DNA of 40,000 nt from Xenococcaceae cyanobacterium (GTDB lineage Bacteria; Cyanobacteriota; Cyanobacteriia; Cyanobacteriales; Xenococcaceae), in contig JBOFLQ010000213.1 of NCBI GenBank assembly GCA_051657945.1, positions 1 to 40,000 on the forward strand, written 5' to 3'. Each line of letters opens with the position of its first letter. Positions within the stretch are counted from its first letter, which is position 1. The position numbers and the translations under genes are program-made. Positions 9,279 through 18,000 of the stretch are shown one piece after another. The notes under the pieces were generated by a model that did not search any database, was not told where the DNA came from, and saw only the letters and a list, made by a program, of their open reading frames with translations.

Positions 9279-10370
9279 ATGTTAAGAGCCGGAATTGTTG
9301 GATTGCCCAATGTCGGTAAATCTACATTGTTTAACGCCCTAGTTGCTAACGCCAAAGCTGAAGCTGCTAACTTTCCCTTCTGTACGATCGAACCGAACGT
9401 CGGTGTCGTTTCTGTCCCCGACGAACGTTTGGACGTACTCGCCAAAATCTCGCAATCCGAGAAAATTGTACCGACCAGAATCGAATTTGTCGATATTGCT
9501 GGTTTGGTTAAAGGTGCGAGTAAGGGAGAAGGTTTGGGCAATCAATTTCTCGCCAACATCCGAGAAGTTGACGCGATCGTTCACGTCGTGCGTTGCTTTG
9601 ACAATGACGATATCATTCACGTTTCTGGTTCGATCGATCCGCTTCGAGATATCGAAATAATTAATTTAGAGCTAGCTTTAGCCGATCTCGCTCAAATCGA
9701 ACGCCGTATCGATCGCACTCGCAAACAAGCACGCGCCAATAAAGAAGCACAAGCGGAAATGGTAGTGCTAGAAAAATTAGCTGCCGTTTTAAACGAAGGC
9801 AAATCGGCACGTCAAGTAAGTCTGACCGAAGAAGAGCAAGAAGTAATTAAAAATCTGGGTTTATTAACCAATAAACCCGTAACTTATGCCGCCAACGTTT
9901 CTGAAGACGATTTAGCCAGCGGTAATCAATGGGTAGAACAAGTCAAACAATTTGCTAGCCAATCCGATTCTAAAGTAGTAATAGTTTCTGCCCAAGTAGA
10001 ATCGGAATTAGTGGAATTATCAGAAGAAGAAAAACTAGATTTTCTTGACTCTCTAGGTGTAAAAGAAGGAGGGTTAAAATCTTTAATTAGAGCGACCTAC
10101 GAATTATTGGGTTTGCGTACCTACTTGACTACAGGGCCTCAAGAAACTCGCGCTTGGACGATCTTGAATGGCATGAAAGCACCACAAGCAGCAGGTGTCA
10201 TTCATACAGATTTCGAACGCGGTTTTATTCGAGCAGAAACAGTTGCCTATAAAGATTTGGTTGCTACCGGTTCGATGACAGCAGCTAAGGAAAAAGGACT
10301 GGTGCGATCGGAAGGAAAAGAATACATCGTGCAGGAAGGAGATGTGCTTTTGTTCAGGTTTAACGTTTAG
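9279..10370 (+). CDS. ychF: Redox-regulated ATPase YchF
   Basis: 'GIVGLPNVGKSTLFNAL' P-loop, 363 aa, and a C-terminal TGS-like end 'EYIVQEGDVLLFRFNV'. Confidence 0.92.
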   Translation: MLRAGIVGLPNVGKSTLFNALVANAKAEAANFPFCTIEPNVGVVSVPDERLDVLAKISQSEKIVPTRIEFVDIAGLVKGASKGEGLGNQFLANIREVDAIVHVVRCFDNDDIIHVSGSIDPLRDIEIINLELALADLAQIERRIDRTRKQARANKEAQAEMVVLEKLAAVLNEGKSARQVSLTEEEQEVIKNLGLLTNKPVTYAANVSEDDLASGNQWVEQVKQFASQSDSKVVIVSAQVESELVELSEEEKLDFLDSLGVKEGGLKSLIRATYELLGLRTYLTTGPQETRAWTILNGMKAPQAAGVIHTDFERGFIRAETVAYKDLVATGSMTAAKEKGLVRSEGKEYIVQEGDVLLFRFNV

Positions 10371-10586
10371 ATCGAGGAAACAACGACGTTTTTTAATTTG
10401 AGGGTGAATTAGCTTTTAAACCCTAATTCATCATCCTCATCCCATAATTCGTAATTTATAGCTCCTATTTGTAATTTTTTTTCACTACCAAAAATAGGAA
10501 GGTAAAGAATATATTGCGAGCAAAGCATCGTGCTTTGATTCAGAGGTAATGTTTAAGTAATTCCACTGAATTAAGCACGATAGCTT

Positions 10587-11069
10587 ATGGTTCTTCACAC
10601 ATTTTCTAACGTTGGTTATACAGATCGAGCCAGACTTCGACGCAAATTTCCTCCCAAATATTGTAAAAGTCAGGGAAATTTAGAAATATCGATCGCGGGT
10701 TTAAAATTTCAAAGCTCGAATCAAGCAGTATGCATCAATCGTATTAATCGAATCGCTCTCAGAAAACCACCCAAACTATGGATATTTGCCGTGCAGTACG
10801 GATCTTTATTGGCGATCGGCTTTTCGATCGCCAAAAGACTGATGGGAAATGAGGTGACTCCGATCGATCTCTTTTTTAATGGGCTGAGCGGCGCTTTATT
10901 TGGGTTTTTTTGGTGGTTGTTATATTTCAAACAATTTTACTGGATTGTCATTGATTATCCAGAATCTGGAGCGAGTCATCGAGCTTATTTCTGGGTGAGA
11001 GGGGATTTTGGTATTGGTAAAACCAGAAAGTTGTTTGCCACGATCAGACAAACTTTTGTCGATGATTGA
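10587..11069 (+). CDS. Hypothetical membrane protein
   Basis: 160-aa ORF with two hydrophobic segments ('WIFAVQYGSLLAIGFSI', 'GALFGFFWWLLYF'). No family recognised, and the start is uncertain. Confidence 0.4.
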   Translation: MVLHTFSNVGYTDRARLRRKFPPKYCKSQGNLEISIAGLKFQSSNQAVCINRINRIALRKPPKLWIFAVQYGSLLAIGFSIAKRLMGNEVTPIDLFFNGLSGALFGFFWWLLYFKQFYWIVIDYPESGASHRAYFWVRGDFGIGKTRKLFATIRQTFVDD

Positions 11070-11091
11070 ATAAATACTCTTGACTTTTGAC

Positions 11092-11180
11092 AGGGGACAG
11101 GGAATAGGGAGCAGAATACTATTACTTAATTACTTGTTATTTATTACTTATTACTTATTACCTAACTCCCAGCCCCTAAC
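11092..11180. repeat. STRR-type repeats (G-rich heptamers, ATTACTT repeats, C-rich heptamers)
   Basis: 'ggggacagggaatagggagc' is followed by about 6 copies of (attactt) and then 'ctaactcccagcccctaac'. The G-rich left arm and C-rich right arm are partly complementary. Confidence 0.75.
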
Positions 11181-11369
11181 TTTTTCTAATCATATTACTC
11201 TTCTTGACACTCCCCCGAATACATTCAACTTCGCTTACGCTTCGTCGAATTAAATTCGGGGGATTCTTGGTTCACCGAGTCTCCGGTCAATAGTTACCTC
11301 ATTGAAAATAATGTATGCGATCGAAACTTTTTATCAGCAACTAAATTAAAGTTTTAAACTTAAAATTAT

Positions 11370-12017
11370 CTAATTACCAGAAACAAAAGGCAACGGTATC
11401 GATCGCAGTGCAAATACAGCACCGATGAGCAAACCAAAGATAACAAAAGAACCGAGTATGCCTATTGCGATCGCCATACCATCTTTTTCGAGAATTCCCA
11501 AACTAATTAAGACGACAACAATAGCTGGAAGAAAATTGCCAAAAGGAATTGGTAAAGTAATTACGATCGCCAGAATAAAGATAATTACACCTAATAAACG
11601 CTCGATCGCGGGAGAAATCATAAACTCCCAGCGAGGACGAATCAAGTGTTCGACTTTATTTAGATAAGGTAAGCTTTTACGAACGATTTTCTCAAAATCT
11701 TTTCGTTTGAACGAGCGATCGCCGATCCATTTAGGCAACCATGGTTTACGAAAGCCTAAAACTAACTGTCCAGAAACTAAGACTAAGGGAATACCAATAA
11801 TTGCTGAAACTCCAGCGATCGGCAGTGGTAAAGCCTCTGGTAGGGAGCAAATAAATAAAGTCCAACCAAAAGCGCGATCGCCTAATCCTAACAATAAATT
11901 TCTAAAATAAACTTTTTCTCCCTGTTGCTGTTCTAAAATATCTAACAGTAATTGTGAGGTATGAAGACCTTTATTTGAATCTTTATTTACTCTAGCTTTT
12001 GTGTTTTGATTAGTCAT
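11370..12017 (-). CDS. exoD: ExoD-family exopolysaccharide synthesis membrane protein
   Basis: 'LGDRAFGWTLFICSLPEALPLPIAGVSAIIGIPLVLVSGQLVLGFRKPWLPKW' matches my recollection of the ExoD family pattern. Confidence 0.75.
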   Translation of the reverse strand: MTNQNTKARVNKDSNKGLHTSQLLLDILEQQQGEKVYFRNLLLGLGDRAFGWTLFICSLPEALPLPIAGVSAIIGIPLVLVSGQLVLGFRKPWLPKWIGDRSFKRKDFEKIVRKSLPYLNKVEHLIRPRWEFMISPAIERLLGVIIFILAIVITLPIPFGNFLPAIVVVLISLGILEKDGMAIAIGILGSFVIFGLLIGAVFALRSIPLPFVSGN

Positions 12018-12549
12018 CTATTTTTTAAAATATTCATTATAAATTAGGCATTGTAAAATCGAAATCCGAAAATACAGTGCATGTTTTAATAAAAAAGTAT
12101 TTTTTTCTAGCTTAAATAAATTTTGAATCCTTTAGCTTGTTTTTGTAATCTACCAATCGTCTGAAAAATTTATTTCGATCGCCCGAAACAACTATCCAGT
12201 TACCGCAATAGTTATGAAGTCAAACTCACGCCCGACTCAAATCTAGATGGTTAACTTATAGTTCCTGTCTTTTGTCAATGAATTTGTTTACTGGTTACCG
12301 AATTCGAGCGCCGAAAATAACTCTTACGTTATCGTAAGAGTCAATAAAACAAACTCACGCCCGACTTTAATCTAGATGATTAATTTCTAGCTCTCACCTT
12401 TTTTCAATCAATTTGTTCAAGAGTCGTGTTCATCGATCGCCCGAAACAACTATCCAGTCATCGCAATAGTTGTTCGGTCAAACTCACGCCCGACTCAAAT
12501 CTAGATGGTTAACTTATAGTTGTTGTCTTTTTTTAATGAACTTGTTTAC

Positions 12550-13888
12550 CGAAAATTTGGGTAATTGCGCCCCGTCCTTCTAGGACGGCTTTCTTTAGAT
12601 CTATGCTAGAATAGATTACGTCAGACAAAACGACGTAACTATGTTGGTATTCGAGGCAAAACTTGAGGGATTGAAAGAGCAGTATGGCAAGCTGGATGAA
12701 GCCATTCGTACTGCTCGTTTTGTCCGTAATTCTTGCCTGAAATACTGGATGGATAACCGCTCTAGGATCGGACGATATAATTTGAGTGCATATTGTGCTG
12801 TGTTGGCGAAAGAGTTTTCTTGGGCAAACCAACTCAACTCTCAAGCTAGGCAAGCATCGGCTGAAAGAGCTTGGTCGGCAATTGCCAGATTCTTTGATAA
12901 CTGCAAAAAAAACAAACCAGGTAAGAAAGGATATCCAAGATTTAAAAAGGAACAAACTCATGGCTCTGTAGAATACAAAACTACGGGCTGGAAACTTTCT
13001 CAATGTCGTAGATACATCACTTTCACTGATGGTTTTGGCGCTGGTACTTTCCTCATGTGGGGAACTCGCGATCTGCATTTTTACCAACTCAAGCAAATTA
13101 AACGAGTCAGGGTAGTTCGTCGTGCTGATGGCTACTACACGCAGTTTTGTCTCGACCAAGAGCGATTGTCCAAACGAGAACCAACATCTAAAACTATTGG
13201 TCTTGACGTTGGACTGAGTCATTTTTATACAGATAGCGACGGGCAAACTATTGAAAACCCCCGACACCTGAGAAAGAGTGAAAAGTCCCTCAAGCGTCTT
13301 TCTCGTCGTATGTCTAAGACCCAAAAAAGGTCGAAAAACCGAGCCAAGTTTAGGAATAAACTGGCAAGAAAGCACCTCAAAGTAAGTAGACAGCGTAAAG
13401 ATTTTGCCGTGAAGTTGGCAAGATGCGTAGTCCAGTCTAACGACTTGGTAGCCTATGAGGATTTGAAGGTGCGTAATATGGTTAGAAATCGGCATCTGGC
13501 TAAATCCATATCCGATGCAGCTTGGACAACTTTTCGTACTTGGGTTGAGTATTTTGGCAAGGTTTTTGGTGTGGTCACGGTTGCTGTGCCACCTCACTAC
13601 ACCAGCCAAAATTGCTCTAGCTGTGGCAAGGTTGTCAAAAAATCTCTGAGTGTCAGGACTCATATTTGTCATCATTGTGGGCATACGCAAGATAGGGATT
13701 GGAACGCTGCGAGAAATATATTAGAGAAAGGATTAAGTACGGTGGGACACATCGGAACATACGCCTCTGGAGACATCGACCTCTGCTTGAGTGAGAAAAA
13801 TCCTTCAAGTAAGTCGGGTCGTGGAAAGAGGAAGCCTAAAGAGCAATCTTTGGAATCCCCGTCGCGCAATTCGCGGGGAGGATGTCAA
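12550..13888 (+). mobile_element. IS200/IS605-family element carrying only tnpB (IS1341-like, no tnpA)
   Basis: 1339 bp, inserted directly 3' of TTAC (12546-12549) and ending in TCAA (13885-13888), with no target duplication. The left end has a subterminal hairpin ccgtcc/ggacgg (about 12571-12587). The right end has a hairpin tccccg/cgggga (about 13856-13879). Joining the two flanks restores the 129-bp repeat phase. Confidence 0.85.
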
Positions 13889-13972
13889 TTGTTAGCGAAT
13901 TCGATCGCCGAAAATAACTCTTACGATAACGTAAGGGTCAATAAAACAAACTCATGCCCGACTCCAATCTAG
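12641..13972 (+). CDS. tnpB: TnpB RNA-guided endonuclease (RuvC + zinc finger); ORF runs past the element end
   Basis: RuvC motifs 'IGLDVGL', 'VAYEDLKV' and 'RDWNAARNI', plus the zinc finger 'CSSCG...CHHCG', are all intact. The first in-frame stop is at 13970-13972, 84 nt beyond the inferred right end. Confidence 0.9.
   Translation: MLVFEAKLEGLKEQYGKLDEAIRTARFVRNSCLKYWMDNRSRIGRYNLSAYCAVLAKEFSWANQLNSQARQASAERAWSAIARFFDNCKKNKPGKKGYPRFKKEQTHGSVEYKTTGWKLSQCRRYITFTDGFGAGTFLMWGTRDLHFYQLKQIKRVRVVRRADGYYTQFCLDQERLSKREPTSKTIGLDVGLSHFYTDSDGQTIENPRHLRKSEKSLKRLSRRMSKTQKRSKNRAKFRNKLARKHLKVSRQRKDFAVKLARCVVQSNDLVAYEDLKVRNMVRNRHLAKSISDAAWTTFRTWVEYFGKVFGVVTVAVPPHYTSQNCSSCGKVVKKSLSVRTHICHHCGHTQDRDWNAARNILEKGLSTVGHIGTYASGDIDLCLSEKNPSSKSGRGKRKPKEQSLESPSRNSRGGCQLLANSIAENNSYDNVRVNKTNSCPTPI
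13700..13904 (+). ncRNA. Putative omega/reRNA of TnpB (scaffold in the tnpB 3' end and right end; guide from the flank)
   Basis: Called by analogy with characterised TnpB systems such as ISDra2. The right-end hairpin lies at 13856-13879, and the guide would be the roughly 16 nt after TCAA ('ttgttagcgaattcga'). The 5' boundary is a guess. Confidence 0.3.
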
Positions 13973-14118
13973 ATGCTTAACTTATAGTTGTTGTCTTTTT
14001 TCAATGAACTTGTTAAAGAGTCGTGTTCGTCGATCGCCCGAAACAACCATTGAACGAGCGCAATAGTTTTTGAAGCAAACTCATCACTTACGTTGCCCAA
14101 TGCCCGCTGCCCAATCCC

Positions 14119-15435
14119 CTAATTAGTTACAATTCGACTTGGATCGCCGAGATATGGACTAACCGAACTAGTTACGGGTGTTATGACTGGCGTTAAATTC
14201 CAATGTTGCGACAACCGTTTTAGAAATAAATCTTGTTGCTTGCGAAACTGGCTGATATCATTACCGTGATTGATAATGGCAAACCAAACTTGACCCCGAT
14301 CGCGCGTGGGAATTACCCCAGCTAAAGCACTAACTGTATTGAGAGTTCCCGTTTTAATCGTCGTACCGAGGGGAATAGTTCGATTAATCATCGTTCCTAC
14401 TTTATCCCGTCCCGAAGTAGGAAATAGATCGCGAACGCCTAAAGACTGAGATCGATATTTATCTTCGATCGCCATTAACATTGCCGTCGCCGCACGAGCA
14501 GAAATGCGATTTTCTAATGCCAATCCCGAACCGTTAAGTAACTGAATTTCATTTTCTGGAACATTAGCAGCTAAAGCTGCGACAGTTGCGACTACTTGTG
14601 CGCCACCGACAGAATGAGCCAGCATTTCCGCCATCTCGTTATTGCTGTAAACATTCATCTGTTTGACAATTTCTGTCATAGATAAAGAACGATGACGCAG
14701 CAATAATTTGGCAGAATTGGAAAAATTGTTGACAACTTCTACTTTACCAGCGATCGCCACTTGCGGTTTAGCAGTTCCTGGCGGCATGACATAATATTGT
14801 CTGGTTAGTGCTGGCGACCAAAGTTGGTTATTTATTGCTTGCTTGAACGATTCGCTTGCCATTTTGGCATCAGATTTATAATTCATGTAGAAATTACCAT
14901 AGACAAGTAAATTGCCCTTTACCTGGCGAATTCCCAAACGATTGAGAGCATTCCCGATCGCGATCGCCTCTTCCCAAACAAATAAAGGATCGCCCGAGCC
15001 TTTAATTATTAAATCTCCTTGTAAAATTCCATTTTCAATTTTGGCAGTTTCGTTAGTATAAATTTGGGTTTCAAATTGATGCTTAGTTCCCCATTTATCC
15101 AACGCAGCTAATGAAGTCGCAATTTTGGTCAAAGATGCCGCCGAAGCTGGAATATTGCCTTGAAAGTTAGCTAATTCCGCCCATTGGGAGCGAATCCAAA
15201 TTCTTTGTTCTCCTGCTGCAAAACCTTTATCCGTTAAATCTTGAAGATATTGCTTGACAAATTGCTCTACGGTGGGATCGTTTTGAGTGGGAAGAGCGAA
15301 AATTGCTGTCTTATCCCATGACAAAGTTTGTAGTTGTTCTACTTTTGTGGATGCTTGTCCAAAAAAATTTAGCAACAATCCCATTAAACTAACACCAATT
15401 ACATCCAGCATTTTCTCGACTCCCCAGTCAGTCAA
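14119..15435 (-). CDS. D-alanyl-D-alanine carboxypeptidase/endopeptidase, PBP4 (S13) family
   Basis: Has the SxxK ('SLTK'), SxN ('YSNN') and KTG ('KTGT') penicillin-binding motifs. The ATG at 15411 ('MLDVIGVSLMGLLL', signal-peptide-like) is a plausible alternative to the TTG at 15435. Confidence 0.85.
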   Translation of the reverse strand: MTDWGVEKMLDVIGVSLMGLLLNFFGQASTKVEQLQTLSWDKTAIFALPTQNDPTVEQFVKQYLQDLTDKGFAAGEQRIWIRSQWAELANFQGNIPASAASLTKIATSLAALDKWGTKHQFETQIYTNETAKIENGILQGDLIIKGSGDPLFVWEEAIAIGNALNRLGIRQVKGNLLVYGNFYMNYKSDAKMASESFKQAINNQLWSPALTRQYYVMPPGTAKPQVAIAGKVEVVNNFSNSAKLLLRHRSLSMTEIVKQMNVYSNNEMAEMLAHSVGGAQVVATVAALAANVPENEIQLLNGSGLALENRISARAATAMLMAIEDKYRSQSLGVRDLFPTSGRDKVGTMINRTIPLGTTIKTGTLNTVSALAGVIPTRDRGQVWFAIINHGNDISQFRKQQDLFLKRLSQHWNLTPVITPVTSSVSPYLGDPSRIVTN

Positions 15436-15702
15436 AAAACTATTAAGTGGTTATTTTTACCAACATTTATAAATCTTTGTCGATCTAGATGTCACTAGGC
15501 ATAAGTACGAGAAGATAGATATCGCGAGTGAGAAATCCACAAAAAAACCCAGTTTTTCCAGACAATATTCAACTATGTATGTAAAATTGTTATTAATTAT
15601 TAACTAAATTTAGTTTTTAATATTTCTTTTTCTTATTGAAGATGTGGGAACTAAAGTTCCCCATCACTGATAAAATTTGTAAGGCTTCTATTAATTTCAT
15701 CA

Positions 15703-16752
15703 ATGGGATCGACTCGCGCACGAATTGCAGTAGACGCTATGGGGGGAGACTTTGCCCCCAACGAAATCATCGCTGGGGCTATTCGAGCCTCAGAAGAATT
15801 AGATGTAGACGTTTTGTTGGTAGGCGATCGCCATCAGATCGAATCATACCTCAAAAAACATCATGCCTCTAGCTCGATCGAGGTAGTTGCCGCAGAAGAT
15901 GTAATTACCATGCAAGAAGAAGCAACGGCAATTCGCAAAAAGCCGAAAGCTTCAATTAACGTGGCAATGAATTTGGTTAAGAACAAACAAGCCCAAGCCG
16001 TAGTTTCCGCAGGACATTCAGGGGCAGCAATGGCAGCAGCGCTGTTTCGTCTGGGACGCTTGCGAGGGATCGATCGCCCTGCAATTGGAGCTGTATTTCC
16101 CACCATTATTCCTGGTAAATCCGTTATCGTTCTCGATGTGGGTGCGAACATGGATAGTCGCCCCAAATATTTAGAGCAATTTGCCTTAATGGGGACGATC
16201 TACAGCCGATATGTAATGGGAATTGAAGAACCAAAAGTCGGCTTGCTCAACATTGGCGAAGAACCTTCCAAAGGTGACGAGTTGGCTGTGCGTACCCATG
16301 AATTGCTCGCAGCAAACGAACATATTCCTTTTGTGGGCAATGCTGAAGGCAGAGACGTGCTTTCTGGCAACTTTGACGTAATTGTCTGCGATGGCTTTGT
16401 CGGTAACGTCTTGCTCAAATTTGCAGAAGCCGTAGGCGAAGTAATGCTGCAAATCTTGCGAGAAGAATTGCCAAAAGGCATCAGAGGTAAGTTAGGAACG
16501 GCTTTGCTCAAACCCAACCTGAACCAAATCAAGCAAAGAATCGATCATGCCGAACACGGCGGCGCATTATTGTTTGGCGTGGATGGTGTATGTATCATCA
16601 GCCACGGCAGTTCGAGAGCGCCATCGATTTATAATGCGATTCGTCTAGCTAAAGAAGCGATCGACAATCAGGTTTCACAAAGAATTCAAACCTACAACGA
16701 TCGCATGGTCGAACAAATTAAAACAGCTAGCGAAACGGCTTCTACTAACTAG
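15703..16752 (+). CDS. plsX: Phosphate acyltransferase PlsX
   Basis: 'RIAVDAMGGDFAPNEII' N-terminus, 349 aa, directly upstream of fabH as in many bacteria. Confidence 0.92.
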   Translation: MGSTRARIAVDAMGGDFAPNEIIAGAIRASEELDVDVLLVGDRHQIESYLKKHHASSSIEVVAAEDVITMQEEATAIRKKPKASINVAMNLVKNKQAQAVVSAGHSGAAMAAALFRLGRLRGIDRPAIGAVFPTIIPGKSVIVLDVGANMDSRPKYLEQFALMGTIYSRYVMGIEEPKVGLLNIGEEPSKGDELAVRTHELLAANEHIPFVGNAEGRDVLSGNFDVIVCDGFVGNVLLKFAEAVGEVMLQILREELPKGIRGKLGTALLKPNLNQIKQRIDHAEHGGALLFGVDGVCIISHGSSRAPSIYNAIRLAKEAIDNQVSQRIQTYNDRMVEQIKTASETASTN

Positions 16753-16784
16753 ATAGCCGGGTGTCGGGAATTAAAGGGAGAAAA

Positions 16785-17786
16785 ATGAGCAAAGAAACAG
16801 GAAAGGGAATAGCTATTATCGGTTGCGGATCTGCCACACCCGACGCAATTTTGAGCAATGAAGCACTTTCTAAAATAGTTGAGACGAACGACGAATGGAT
16901 TAGTACGAGGACGGGCATGAAAAACCGTCATCTATCATCCCCATCCGAGTCTTTAAGTCAATTAGCAGCTAAAGCTGCTCGAAGTGCGATCGCCATGGCA
17001 GGAATTACAGCAGCCGATCTTGACTTAATTATTTTAGCTACTTCCACTCCTGACGACCTTTTTGGTAGTGCCGCTTGCGTTCAAAATCTCATCGGTGCTT
17101 CCCACGCTGTTGCCTTTGACTTGACTGCGGCTTGTTCTGGGTTTATTTTTGGTTTGGTTAATGCCGCTCAATTCATTCGCACGGGAGTTTATCAAAACGT
17201 TTTAGTAATTGGCGCAGATGTTCTTTCTCGTTGGGTAGATTGGAGCGATCGCACCACTTGCGTTTTGTTTGGCGATGGTGCTGGTGCGGTGGTTTGTCAG
17301 GCGACAGATTCAGGCGATCGTTTGTTGGGTTTTGAAATGCGTAGCGATGGTACGCAACATGGTTGTCTCAATCTTGCTTATCAGGGACAACAAAAAAATT
17401 TAGTCGCAGATATTAGCGTTTCTGCTGGTGGCTATCAACCGATTACCATGAACGGACGCGAAGTGTATCGTTTTGCCGTTGAAAAAGTGCCAGAAGTCAT
17501 TGAAAAAGCAATGTTTCGTGCCGATCTTAGTGTCGATCGAATCGATTGGTTGTTGCTACATCAAGCCAACCAACGTATCTTAGATGCAGTTGCCAAGCGC
17601 TTGAAAATCTCTTCAGAAAAAGTACTTAGCAATCTGGCTTGTTACGGAAATACTTCAGCAGCATCAATCCCCCTCGCTCTCGACGAAGCCGTCAGACAGG
17701 GTAAAGTCAAGCCGGGAGATGTAATTGCTGCGTCTGGTTTTGGTGCTGGATTGACTTGGGGCGCAGCTATTTTTCAATGGGGCTAG
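16785..17786 (+). CDS. fabH: 3-oxoacyl-ACP synthase III
   Basis: Catalytic triad context 'AACSGF', 'HQANQRIL' and 'GNTSAASIP'. The ATG at 16785 is preceded by 'aagggag'. The ORF-track GTG at 16761 is less likely. Confidence 0.92.
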   Translation: MSKETGKGIAIIGCGSATPDAILSNEALSKIVETNDEWISTRTGMKNRHLSSPSESLSQLAAKAARSAIAMAGITAADLDLIILATSTPDDLFGSAACVQNLIGASHAVAFDLTAACSGFIFGLVNAAQFIRTGVYQNVLVIGADVLSRWVDWSDRTTCVLFGDGAGAVVCQATDSGDRLLGFEMRSDGTQHGCLNLAYQGQQKNLVADISVSAGGYQPITMNGREVYRFAVEKVPEVIEKAMFRADLSVDRIDWLLLHQANQRILDAVAKRLKISSEKVLSNLACYGNTSAASIPLALDEAVRQGKVKPGDVIAASGFGAGLTWGAAIFQWG

Positions 17787-18000
17787 AGGCAAGGCTATTT
17801 CATTGGTTTTATAAGCTTAGCGATCGACCTCGACTTGTACGATTATTTAGTTTTTCATAAATTTTTGATAAAATCGACCTTTTTTTAAAAAAGCAGTTAT
17901 TCATTTAAGTTTAAAAAAAATATTGTTACGGCTCTTCTTTCCAAAGATGTAATTTAAGATCGCCAGTTCTAAATGCAAAAACTTGTAGCTAAAACAAGGG

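Larger units (their letters stand above)
12175..14118. repeat. 129-bp phase-exact tandem array (5 units; A-B-A'-[IS]-B'-A'' partial)
   Basis: Units start at 12175, 12304, 12433, 13901 and 14030. After removing 12550-13888, all spacings are exactly 129 bp. Each unit has a conserved core 'caaactcacgcccgactcaaatctagatggttaa'. Two hairpin types alternate: aacaactat/atagttgtt and actcttacg/cgtaagagt. Confidence 0.9.

Noticed and set aside
9071-9660. ORFs 9071-9541(-), 9339-9620(-) and 9343-9660(+) overlapping the response regulator and ychF
   Set aside because: They lie antisense or out of frame to strongly supported genes (winged-helix domain, YchF P-loop) and have a low-complexity composition.
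10521-10585. Possible RNA switch upstream of ORF 10587: the hairpin caaagca/tgctttg versus alternative pairing of tcgtgct (10528-10534) with agcacga (10574-10580)
   Set aside because: The stems are only 7 nt, the downstream gene itself is weakly supported, and the pairing cannot be distinguished from chance without comparative data.
12533-13690. 385-aa ORF antisense to tnpB
   Set aside because: The + strand frame carries all the TnpB RuvC and zinc-finger motifs. The antisense product is low-complexity with no recognisable motif, so it is a typical shadow ORF.
12175-14118. Whether the regularly spaced repeats next to tnpB form a CRISPR array
   Set aside because: The period is 129 bp. The sequence between the conserved cores is itself repeated (alternating A and B types), so there are no unique spacers. 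There are no cas genes nearby.
15636-15872. 78-aa ORF overlapping the plsX start
   Set aside because: It is out of frame with the well-supported plsX N-terminus ('RIAVDAMGGDFAP') and has an Arg/Cys-rich composition typical of an off-frame translation.
16186-16532. Two antisense ORFs (88 and 110 aa) within plsX
   Set aside because: They are shadow ORFs opposite a highly conserved gene.
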